Source: an uncultured delta proteobacterium (GTDB lineage Bacteria; Myxococcota_A; Polyangia; Polyangiales; Polyangiaceae). From it: a stretch of DNA of 64,000 nt. The notes beneath the pieces were generated by a model, which saw only the letters and a program-made list of their open reading frames with translations, did not search any database and had not been told where the DNA came from. Position 1 is the first letter of the stretch. Each line of letters begins with the position of its first letter. The position numbers were made by a program, and so were the translations under genes. The stretch is from NCBI GenBank assembly GCA_963850305.1, contig CAWKKR010000004.1:128001-192000 (forward strand). The letters run 5' to 3'. Shown one piece after another: positions 19,538 to 28,953 of the stretch.

Positions 19538-21492
19538 GTGTCGATAGTGAGCGCGCGACAGCTCTCGAAGTCGTTCGGACCGCAGACGTTGTTCGACGAC
19601 ATCGCCCTCACCGTGCGATCGGGGGAACGGATTGGCCTCCTCGGCGCCAACGGCACGGGCAAGTCGACGCTGCTCCGGATCCTCGCGGGCCTGGACATGC
19701 CGGACCGCGGCACGGTCGAGCGGCGACGCGGCGCACGCATCCTCTATCTGTCCCAGGAGCCCGTGGTCGACGCGACCCTGACTCCACGGCAAACGGTCGA
19801 GGAGGGGTTGACCGAGTGGCACGCAGCCATGAAGCGGCACGAGGAGATCACACGCGCCATCGAGTCCAGTGAGCGGACGGATCACGGCGCGCTCGTGGAC
19901 GAGCAGGCGGCCCTGACGGACCGGATACTGCAACTCGGCGGCTTCGCCCGGGACCACGTCGCACTCGAGATGCTCGGACACCTCGGAGTCCGGGACATCG
20001 ATCGACCGCTGGGGACCATGAGCGGCGGCGAACGACGGCGGGTAGCCCTCGCTCGGCTCCTCGTTTCCGGACCCGACCTCGCCATCCTCGACGAGCCGAC
20101 GAATCACCTCGACACGGATACGATCGAGTGGCTGGAAGAGTACCTCGCCGACACGTTCGGCGGCGCGGTACTCATGGTGACGCACGATCGCTATGTCCTC
20201 GATGCCATCGCCGACCGCGTGCTCGAACTCGATGGCGGTAGCCTCACGGAGTTCAGCGGAGGGTACGCCGATTATCTCGAGCAGAAGGCAGAACTCATCC
20301 TCCAGGCGGAACGGGTCGAGCAGAGCCGTCTCAACCTGATGCGGCGAGAGCGTGCGTGGCTGCTCCGGGGCGCGAAGGCGCGAACCACGAAGCAGAAGGC
20401 GCGCGTGAAGCGCGCGGAAGCGCTGCTCGAACACGAGGCGCCCCGCGCAGCGGTGACGACGAGCTTCGCCGGGCTGGACGCGGGGGTCCAGCGCACCGGC
20501 AAGACGATCCTCGACCTCGAGGAGGTGTCGGTCGTCGTGGGGACCAAGCAACTGGTGAACTCGCTCACCCTCCGGATGATCTCCGGCGAACGGGTGGGCG
20601 TGATCGGGCCGAACGGCGCCGGCAAGACGACGCTGCTCGAGCTCGTCTCCGGGAAAGTCTCGCCCACGACGGGACGGGTCGTGCGAGGCCAGAACACGAG
20701 CTTCGTTTATTTCGATCAGGGGCGCTCGCATCTCCGCGACGGGTGGTCCGTCTTCGACAACGTCGCGGGGCGAGAGGGCGCGGACGGCGATGCATCGGAC
20801 GTCGTGCGTATCGGGCCCAGGATTTTCAGATGCGGACGTATCTCGAACAGTTCGCCTTCGAAGGCAGCAAGCAAAGGCAGAAGGTCGGGGCGCTGTCGGG
20901 CGGCGAGCGCGCACGCGTGGCCCTCGCGAAGGCGCTCCGCGGAGGGGAAAACCTCCTGCTCCTGGACGAACCGACCAATGACCTGGACGTGTCCACGCTG
21001 TCCGCGCTGGAGGAGTTGCTCCTCGAATGGCCGGGCTGCGCGATGGTGGTGTCACACGATCGGTACTTCCTGGACCGCGTGGCGACGTCGATGCTCGTGT
21101 TCGAGGGCGACGGTGCGGTGACCCACTACCCCGGCGGCTATGAGACCTATCGCTCGCTCAGGGCGGAGGCCGCGCGGGTTGCGGCTGCCGCGCGCGAACC
21201 CCTTACCGAAACGACGACGCGCACCTCGAAACAAGCGACGATCCCCATTCTTGGCCCGAAGCCTCTGACATTCGCGGAGAGGAAGGAGCTCGACGGACTC
21301 CTCGACGAGATCACGCTGCTGGAGGAGACCGTCGGCGAGCTCGAACGACGCCTGGGCGATCCGACGCTCTACGCGGGCCCGGCTGACGAAGCCCGCCGGC
21401 TGGGAGACGAACACGAGCGCGTACGTGCAACGGTTCTGGCGAAGACCGCGCGCTGGGAAGATCTCGAGTCGCGCCGCGGCCTGAAGCGTTGA
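19538..21492 (+). CDS. ABC-F family ATPase (Uup-like), frameshift near 20820
   Basis: Two NBDs (GANGTGKST, GPNGAGKTT; SGGE; LDEPTN twice) and a C-terminal coiled coil ending RWEDLE, split across two frames. Confidence 0.9.
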
Positions 21493-23291
21493 CCGCTGCC
21501 GACCCGCGGCGCCGCGTGATACGGTGGGCCCCGGTGATCCGACCGTTCTGCGCCAGTGGCGGTTCTCGCACGCGAAGAGCCCTGGTCACCCTGGTCGGGG
21601 CTGCGGCGTTGCTGGCCGCGACGACGTCCCTCGCCCAGGCTCCCGCCGCTGCGCCGCCTCCAGCGCCCGCGCCGAACCCCGCGCCGCCCGGATCAGCCGC
21701 ACTGCCCGTCCCGGGCACTCCACCGGCCGTATCCGCGGTTCCACCCCCTGCGAACACGGACGAACCCCCCGCGCCCCCGACGGAAGCGCCGGCTGTCGCC
21801 GCGCCACCTGAAGCTTCCGCACCACCGGTGACGACGCCTGCTCCGGAACCGGAAGAACCGCCGCCGTCCGAGAGCGACGCTTCGCCCGAGAAGGACACGC
21901 TCAAATACGTCCTCGACGATATCGAGGTGCGCGGCAACACCCGCACCCGCGCACGTGTCGTCCTCCGGTACGTGCCGTACCGGTCGGGCGACATCATCGA
22001 CGTCGACGATCCCAAGGTCGCACTCACCAAGTATCGATTGCTCGGCACCGGATTTTTCAGGGACGTGCAGCTCGCGCTCCGGAAGGGCAGCGGCCCGGGA
22101 CACGTGGTCCTGATCATCGAGGTGGTCGAGCGAAACACGCTGATCGTCAACGATCTCTGGATGGGCATCGCGGCGGGCGCCGACACCGAAGGAAAGGCCC
22201 GCCCGCTGAGCCCGTACGGCGGCGTGGACGCGGCCGAGACGAACCTCGCCGGCACGGGCATCACGCTCGGCGGCGCCGTCGGGTTCGCGAGCGACCAGTT
22301 CGCGCTTCGGGTTCGATTCTTCGATCCGGCCTTTCTGGGCACCGAGTGGATGACGAGCGGCATGCTCCTCTACAACCATGCGGACGACTTCTTCGGGAAC
22401 AGTCAGGTGGAATTCACGGCGCCCCTCGCCGATCCACAAGCGCAGCAGGCTGATTATGCGGTCGTCCAGTACCAGCGCTTCGGCGGCACGGTCGGCATCG
22501 GACGGGATCTTTCGGTCAGCACGCAGCTCTGGGCCAACTATCGCCTCGAGGGGATTCACACGTGCAGCTTGTGCATCCCGAGCGCCGCGTCCGACATCCG
22601 CGGAAGGCAAGGCGAGCTCGATCGTGAACCCATCGACTTCGACATCGTGCGGGGCGACAGCGTGCTGTCGACGGTGTCGGCGACGCTACAGCACGACACC
22701 CGCGACAAGCCCTTCCTGACCAATCGAGGCTGGTTTGCCTCCGTGACGGCCGAGGTGAGCCTCGCGCCGTTCGGCAGCGACTATCCTTACTCGCGGATCG
22801 ACATCCTGGCGTCCCACTGGTGGACCCTCCCGAACGATCACGTCCTGCGGCTCCGCTTCTTCGGCGGCGCCATCTCGGGGAGAGCGCCGTTTTTCGAGCA
22901 GTACTATATCGGAGACCTGAGCGACTTCCGGGCGCCGCGGGAGCTCGGAATCAACGTCGAGCGGCGACCCGCCCCGAACTTCTTCGACACCGACATCGTG
23001 GAGATCCGCCGCGGCGATTACGCGGCGAAGCTCGATGTGGAATATCGCATCCCGGTATATCACGGGACGCGCAGCGTCTACGGCATCGACGTCTTCGCGC
23101 GCGCGGGCCTGTACGCGCTCGCGGGGCAGCGGGACATCCAGAATCCGCCCGGTGGCTATTCCGGAGCCGCGCTCATCCCCATCGACTTCACCGCGAACCT
23201 CGGTGTGGAGGTGGATACGAGCGCGGGCGGTTTCACGTTCGCCCTCGCGAACGTCCTCGGCTTCATCCCGGCGTTGAGCGAGGGCCGATGA
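21489..23291 (+). CDS. Omp85 (BamA/TamA) family protein with Pro-rich N-terminus and one POTRA
   Basis: IEVRGNTRTRARVV POTRA, LGTGFFRDV, ETNLAGTG, HDTRD..F..RG barrel motifs. Confidence 0.8.
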   Translation: MTAADPRRRVIRWAPVIRPFCASGGSRTRRALVTLVGAAALLAATTSLAQAPAAAPPPAPAPNPAPPGSAALPVPGTPPAVSAVPPPANTDEPPAPPTEAPAVAAPPEASAPPVTTPAPEPEEPPPSESDASPEKDTLKYVLDDIEVRGNTRTRARVVLRYVPYRSGDIIDVDDPKVALTKYRLLGTGFFRDVQLALRKGSGPGHVVLIIEVVERNTLIVNDLWMGIAAGADTEGKARPLSPYGGVDAAETNLAGTGITLGGAVGFASDQFALRVRFFDPAFLGTEWMTSGMLLYNHADDFFGNSQVEFTAPLADPQAQQADYAVVQYQRFGGTVGIGRDLSVSTQLWANYRLEGIHTCSLCIPSAASDIRGRQGELDREPIDFDIVRGDSVLSTVSATLQHDTRDKPFLTNRGWFASVTAEVSLAPFGSDYPYSRIDILASHWWTLPNDHVLRLRFFGGAISGRAPFFEQYYIGDLSDFRAPRELGINVERRPAPNFFDTDIVEIRRGDYAAKLDVEYRIPVYHGTRSVYGIDVFARAGLYALAGQRDIQNPPGGYSGAALIPIDFTANLGVEVDTSAGGFTFALANVLGFIPALSEGR

Positions 23292-23998
23292 GCAAAGCAG
23301 GACGCGTCGCGCCGGCGCTCCGCTGGGCGGCTCGGCTCGTCTGGTTCGTCTCGTGGACGCTCGGGGTGGTCGCGGCCACGCGGACGGCTCGCGCCGCGGC
23401 TTCGCCCGCGCCCCGGACGGCGACGTTCGACTGGGATGTGACGCGGCAAGAGCTGTACGTGTCGCTCGCGTTTCGCGACGTGGTCGACGACGAGATCCGC
23501 CGGAAGCTCAGCCGCGGTCTTCCCACGACCATCGTGTTCACGGGCACGCTGTTCCGTCGCAACGCGCGAGCGCCGGTCTCGACGACGGTGCAGACGTGCA
23601 AGATCACGTGGCACGTCTGGGACGAGGCCTATCGCCTAGAGGTCACGCGGCCCGACGGCACGCGCACGCGATGGACGACGACCCTCGAAGGCGTTCTCCG
23701 TCGCTGCGCCGAAGTGACGCGCCTCCTGGTGGCAACCAGCAAGGAGGTGGGCCTCGGGATCCCCGTCTATCTGCGGGCACGCGTCGAGGTGAACCCTCTC
23801 AGCCCGGAGCTCCTCGACAAGATCAAGCTGTGGGTGAACCGCCCGGCGCGCACCGGCACGGCCGCTCCGGGGGACGCCCTGTTCAGCACGTTCACGGGTC
23901 TCTTCATGCAGCGCATCGGGGCAGCAGAGCGCATCCTGGAGCTCGTGACGTACGAAATGGTACCGATCCTGGGTGGACCCGTTCAAAGTGAGATCTGA
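23288..23998 (+). CDS. DUF4390-like exported protein
   Basis: Signal peptide; KLSRGLPTTIVF and CKITWHVWDEAY pattern; ATGA overlap with the Omp85 gene. Confidence 0.7.
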   Translation: MSKAGRVAPALRWAARLVWFVSWTLGVVAATRTARAAASPAPRTATFDWDVTRQELYVSLAFRDVVDDEIRRKLSRGLPTTIVFTGTLFRRNARAPVSTTVQTCKITWHVWDEAYRLEVTRPDGTRTRWTTTLEGVLRRCAEVTRLLVATSKEVGLGIPVYLRARVEVNPLSPELLDKIKLWVNRPARTGTAAPGDALFSTFTGLFMQRIGAAERILELVTYEMVPILGGPVQSEI

Positions 23999-24581
23999 CG
24001 TGTTTCCGCTCGGGCTGCGCATCCGGGGCCGACTGTGCCTCGTGGTCGGAGACGGCGAAGAAGCCCTGCGGCGTGCAGACGCGCTCGGCGCGGCGGGCGC
24101 GACGGTGCGCGTCGTCTCGAGTCGACCATCGAGCGGCCTTCGCGAACGGGCGGGACGCGGTGAGATGGCGCTCACCGAACGCGCGTTCGAGGACGCAGAC
24201 TTGGACGACGTCTGGCTCGCGGTTCTCGCGGACCCCGACTCCGCCCTCGCCGAACGGATGGACCGCGCCGCCGAGCAGCGACGGGTCTTCTACTGCGCGG
24301 TGGACCAGCCGGCCTTCGGCACGTTCTCGCACGCCGCGATCGTTCGGGCCGGTCCCGTCACCGTTGCGATTTCGACCGACGGCAAGGCGCCGTCCCTGGC
24401 CCGACGGCTACGCGAGGAGCTGGAAAGACTGTTCGAGGAAGCGGACCTGGGAAAATTCGCGGAACGGCTCTTTCAGCTCCGCGAAGCCACGCCGAGCACG
24501 AATCGCCGTGCGGTGCTCGCCGCCGCGGTCGGAGACGTTCGCTTCACGGGAGCCCTCGCTCTGCCGGATCGGAAAGCCTGA
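23973..24581 (+). CDS. Precorrin-2 dehydrogenase / sirohydrochlorin ferrochelatase (CysG N-terminal, SirC-like)
   Basis: FPLGL...CLVVGDG Rossmann motif, AVDQP, VAISTDGKAPSLARRLRE. Confidence 0.88.
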   Translation: MDPFKVRSDVFPLGLRIRGRLCLVVGDGEEALRRADALGAAGATVRVVSSRPSSGLRERAGRGEMALTERAFEDADLDDVWLAVLADPDSALAERMDRAAEQRRVFYCAVDQPAFGTFSHAAIVRAGPVTVAISTDGKAPSLARRLREELERLFEEADLGKFAERLFQLREATPSTNRRAVLAAAVGDVRFTGALALPDRKA

Positions 24582-24703
24582 GCGAGTCGAAAATTCCGCT
24601 TCTGACGTCCCGTGTTCGAGCGATTTCTGCGGTGACAGCGGGCCTGATAGTGGTGTTACGCTCCCGTCTCGAACGAGGCCGAACGATTACTTTGGAGACG
24701 ACC

Positions 24704-25330
24704 ATGAAGACGCAGCTTCGATTTTTGGGTGGGTTCGTGATCCCCGTGGCGCTCGTGGTGGCGTGCGGCTCGAGCAGCAAGAGCGGGAGCACAACGGACG
24801 CCGGCTCGGGTGGACAGAGCGGCACCGGCGGAGGGGCGAACGCTGGCGGCCAGACAGGAACCGGAGGCGGGGACGCGGGCGCGACCTGCGACAAAACAAG
24901 CTGCGAAGGGTACACGGGATACACTGCTTGTTGCAGTGGAACGGGGTGCGGCGTCACGTCCTCCGCGCTGGCCAATCAATGCGTCCCGATCTCCCTCATC
25001 AATCAGTTCAAGGACGCGGGCAACCTGTTCGGCAGCGCGGAACTGATCGTCCCCGACCCGAAGTGCAAGGCCGCCACGAACAATGGCATCACCGTGGCTG
25101 GATGCTGTGACAAGACGGGCTTCTGTGGCGGGTCGACCGCCAGCATTCCCTCGAATCCATTCATTCAGATTCCGGTCGAGTGCCTGACGCCGGGCGACGA
25201 GGCCAAGCTCGCATCGGGCATCTTCGGCGCGCAGGACGCAGGACCCGAGACTCCGTGCGACTACGCCGCGGACCTCGCGAAGATGGGCAAAGACGGCGGA
25301 AGTTCCGCCGACGCGGGCAAGAGCAAGTAG
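24704..25330 (+). CDS. Cys-rich lipoprotein with Gly/Thr linker
   Basis: GGAG RBS, lipobox LVVAC, two CC-x(4)-CG modules. Confidence 0.75.
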   Translation: MKTQLRFLGGFVIPVALVVACGSSSKSGSTTDAGSGGQSGTGGGANAGGQTGTGGGDAGATCDKTSCEGYTGYTACCSGTGCGVTSSALANQCVPISLINQFKDAGNLFGSAELIVPDPKCKAATNNGITVAGCCDKTGFCGGSTASIPSNPFIQIPVECLTPGDEAKLASGIFGAQDAGPETPCDYAADLAKMGKDGGSSADAGKSK

Positions 25331-25352
25331 CAACGGCGTCGTTGGAGCAGGC

Positions 25353-26468
25353 TCACTCTCGCGACCGGGGCGTGAGCCACTCCACCGTCCTCTGCCAGAC
25401 CTCGCTCGGCGCCGTCGTCCCTCCGACGATGGCGACGTGACCGCCCGTCACGTCGACGAGCGCCTTGTCGAGGCTGCCCACGCGAGAAAGGATCGCGTGG
25501 GTAGCTTCGGGTAGCGCGACGTTGTCCGTGCGCCCCGCGAAGGCCAGAAGCGACTGTCGCACGGCACCGAGCTCGCAGCGCTTGCCGCCGAACACGAGCT
25601 CGTCGGTCATCAGTTTGTTCCCCGCGACCACGTCCTTCACGACCTGCTTGAACGCGTCGCGCGGATACGGAATGAGATCGTTGATCCACGAATTGACGGT
25701 GTCGAAGGAGCGCAGGTACTCCGGGTCATAGAGCCGTCCCACGAAATCGGCCCAGCGCGTGAACGCGCGCGTGCCCGCCATGACCTTGAACGCCGCGGTA
25801 CTCCAGGCGCCCGGGATGTTGCCGACGAGGGCCGTCACGGGCGCGACGGTGAGCGCACCGAGCTTCGCGACCCAGTGCGGAGCGGCCATCTTCCGGAAAT
25901 CTACCGGCGCGCCGATCGTGACCAGATTCTTCACGCGGTCGTCGCGATGGGTGCCCGCGTGTAGAAGCGCGAAGATCCCCCCGAACGAATAACCGAGGAG
26001 CGACACGTGTTTCGCCCCCGCCGCGCGCAGCGCTTCGTCGATAGAGCGAGGGATCCAGTCGAGGACGTAGTCCTCGAGCCGCGTGTGGCGGTCGCGACGA
26101 TCGGGTACGCCGAAGTCCACCACGAACACGTCGAAGCCGGCATTCCGGAGGGTCCGGACGAAGGAATGATCGGGGCGCAGATCGTAGACGTACGGCCTGA
26201 CCATCAATGGCGGGATGAGGACGACCGGAACCGGCAGTCGCTCGAATCCGACTTGATACGTCTCGGTACCGAGCTCGTACTCCTCGTCGTGGAGCGGTCG
26301 GATGCGCCTCAGCTCGAGCTTGCCATCCTGAAAGACGCTGTCGCTCGCGGCAGCATTCTTGCCGGCGGTCGCGGAACCTTCGCGAAAATGCACGAACGCG
26401 TTCACGGCCGATAGCACCACCCGGTCCGCCACGCCGCGCGCGAACTTTGCCCTGCTCCGCGGCGTCAC
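25353..26468 (-). CDS. PhaC class III-like alpha/beta hydrolase with Ser nucleophile
   Basis: PVVLIPPL...YDLRPDHSFV...GFDVFVVDFG, GYSFGG, GRTD, GGH. GTG 26468 overlaps the upstream stop. Confidence 0.8.
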   Translation of the reverse strand: MTPRSRAKFARGVADRVVLSAVNAFVHFREGSATAGKNAAASDSVFQDGKLELRRIRPLHDEEYELGTETYQVGFERLPVPVVLIPPLMVRPYVYDLRPDHSFVRTLRNAGFDVFVVDFGVPDRRDRHTRLEDYVLDWIPRSIDEALRAAGAKHVSLLGYSFGGIFALLHAGTHRDDRVKNLVTIGAPVDFRKMAAPHWVAKLGALTVAPVTALVGNIPGAWSTAAFKVMAGTRAFTRWADFVGRLYDPEYLRSFDTVNSWINDLIPYPRDAFKQVVKDVVAGNKLMTDELVFGGKRCELGAVRQSLLAFAGRTDNVALPEATHAILSRVGSLDKALVDVTGGHVAIVGGTTAPSEVWQRTVEWLTPRSRE

Positions 26469-27136
26469 TGGAAATTCGGCAGTGCTTCCCCGGCGTCGGC
26501 TGCCGGGTACGTCGCGAGGATGGCGATCAAATAATGCCTGTACTGATGCGTCACGGTCTCCCATGTCGGCGCCGTGAGCGCGCGCTTCACACAGGCGATC
26601 GTCGCTTTCGCTTTTTTTCCGCGGAGCGTCCCGCTTCGCCCTGCGTAGAGATGGACATCCTTCTTTCGAAAGTCGACCGAGAGGACGTAGTTGAGGCGGC
26701 TTTCTTCCTTGAGCTTCGGTGCGCAATCGACCGAATCCGTGATCGCCTTCGAAAGCATCTGTTCGAAGAACGGAAGCGTGTCACACAGGTTGCCCTCCCC
26801 GGACAGCCTGGCGCTCGATCCGCACTGAACGTGCTCCACCGTTCCGAGGGTGACGAGCGGCACCACCTTGCGTGGCGGCTCGACCTTCGTTCGCACGATG
26901 TTCGTGATGGGTGCGGTCGCGCTCGCCGAGGCGGCGGCGACGGCCGCGTGGCGCTCGTGCTCGGTGCCGCTCGGCCGTCGCCAGAGATAGAGCAGGACGG
27001 CCAGAATGGTGAACCCCAGCACCACGGCGATGACGAGCTGAGTCCGGAGCAGTCGCTCGCCACCCCCGGAGGAGCTCCCCGTGCCCAGGCGACGGGAATG
27101 CGGCTCGCTCGGAAACGTGCGGCGGGAACCTGGCAT
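26465..27136 (-). CDS. Single-pass membrane protein with Cys-containing periplasmic domain
   Basis: TM LVIAVVLGFTILAVLLYLW, Ala-rich linker, four Cys. Confidence 0.7.
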   Translation of the reverse strand: MPGSRRTFPSEPHSRRLGTGSSSGGGERLLRTQLVIAVVLGFTILAVLLYLWRRPSGTEHERHAAVAAASASATAPITNIVRTKVEPPRKVVPLVTLGTVEHVQCGSSARLSGEGNLCDTLPFFEQMLSKAITDSVDCAPKLKEESRLNYVLSVDFRKKDVHLYAGRSGTLRGKKAKATIACVKRALTAPTWETVTHQYRHYLIAILATYPAADAGEALPNFQ

Positions 27137-27155
27137 CTCCAGTCCCGACAGCGCC

Positions 27156-28851
27156 TCAATCGTCGAGGAGCGACTGAGCGGACTTCCCCGGCTCGTGCTC
27201 GACGACGTTCGCGACGAGCTTGAGCGTATCGGGCATCAGACCCTGGACCTGGGAAACCACCTGCTCGACGACATTGTGGGCTTCCTCGGATCCCGGCCCC
27301 GTCATCACGATTGCAAACTTGAGCGGCGCACTTCGGCCTGCCGTCACGGGCACGATGCTCAGCAACAGAACCTCGGTCAGCTCGATCACTCGCTGCGCGG
27401 AGCGGCGGAGCGCCAGCATCTCGAGAATGGTCGGGCGGTCGCTGACGAGCCGGTTGGGGCTCTTGACCTCGTACTTGGCGACGGTGAGCGGTACGCCGTC
27501 CCATTCGGCGAACTTCACCTCGTCTTCCAGGAATCGCAGCATCGGCTCGCGGCCCAGGAGACCCGTGAGGCCGTCGCGACGCGAGAGGTATTCCCGCGCC
27601 TTCTCGTGCTGTGGTGAGCTCGGACGGAAGCTCACGAGCTTGAACCGACACTCGCCGAGCTGCACTTCCCCACCGTGAAGCAGCGTGACGGACTTTTTCC
27701 GATCGTAGCTGTGATCGGCATAAGTCCCGTTCGTGCTCCCCGTGTCCTCGACGAGCCAGGACCCCGATTGCCACTTCAGCGCGGCATGGCTGCCGGACAC
27801 CGTGGGCTCCGGAACATGCACATCCTGATCGACACGACGTCCGATATTCATCACGGGCTTGTCGAGCGGAAACAAACGCCCCGCCAGCTCTTGCGTATTG
27901 GTCGCGAAGGTGATCAGGAGCTCTTGCGCGGTGGGATCGAAGTTCTGCGACGCGGAACGTCCGAGCGGCGGCCCCGGCGACAGACGCTCCCGCGGGATCT
28001 GCACCTGGCTCGTGGTGAGCGACGTCGGATTGAAAAATCGCATGTGCCGCGACTGGGGACGCAGCAAGACGTCGTCGCTGAGGCAGCGGTAAATCTGCTT
28101 CACTTCGTCGATGGATAGCCCCGCCGGCACGTCGAACATGATCTGCGCTCGCATGGGCTTCGCGCGGGGGCGGTAGCCGGGCTCAGGGACGCGGCACGTC
28201 CACATCTCCCAGAGGGTGAGTCCGAGCGCGTACATGTCGTCCTCCGCGCTCGCGCCGCCGGAGCGCAGGCGCTCGGGGGACATGTAGTTCGGCGTGCCGC
28301 CGTCGGGGGGAGCGCCCGGTCTCCGCGCAGAGAGCCTCGCGCGCTCCTGAGCAAACCCGAAATCCAGGATCACGGCGCGCTCGTTCGTCACCATGATGTT
28401 GCCGGGCTTCAGAATCGCCGTGGACCAGACCCTGGGCGTGGATCGCCGCGAGCCCCGCGGCGGATTCGCTCGCGATCTTGCGAAACTCGTCGGCGGTATA
28501 GCCGCCCTGAGCCTTCTTCCGGCGAATGTGCGTGTGCAGCGTCTGCCCGGCGATGCGCTCCATGACGAGGACCGGCCCCCACGCACTGGGCGCGAGGTCG
28601 TGGACCCGGCACACGTTCGGGTGGCTCACCGAGCGCGCGAGCAACAGTTCTTGCCGGAGCGCCTCGTCGTCCCCGGGCATGCGCGACTCTTCGCGCACGA
28701 CCTTCAGCGCCACGGATTGCTGAGTGCTCCGGTCATAGGCGAGAAACACCTCGCCCATGCCGCCTTTGCCGAGGCTCTCGCGGATCTCGTACCGGTCGTT
28801 GACCAGCGTCCCCGGCGCAAGCGGCGGCTTGCTTTTCGACGTTTGCACCAT
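27156..28851 (-). CDS. Ser/Thr kinase - FHA - degenerate GGDEF fusion (frameshift near 28412)
   Basis: GKGGMG, VALK, HGD|LKPGN, DFG, GTPNYMSPE; FHA IGR...VSGSHA...STNGT; then RDGLTGL. Confidence 0.85.
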
Positions 28852-28953
28852 CGCGACGACGTGGCCGGGGCAAGAGCCTCGGAGAGCGTAGAGTCGTCGA
28901 TCTCCCGCCGATCCGCAAGGAGGGCGTTCGGCGCTCCCCGAGCCCGGGGCGCT

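Noticed and set aside
19120..20830. Frameshifts in fpg and ABC-F (also the kinases and the spermidine-synthase-like gene) as programmed recoding or pseudogenes
   Set aside because: Single indels with no slippery-site or SD signal, and both halves are well conserved; sequencing error is more likely.
18524..21055. 843-aa minus-strand ORF
   Set aside because: Antisense to the ABC-F gene; only its MPELPD segment is real (the fpg N-terminus).
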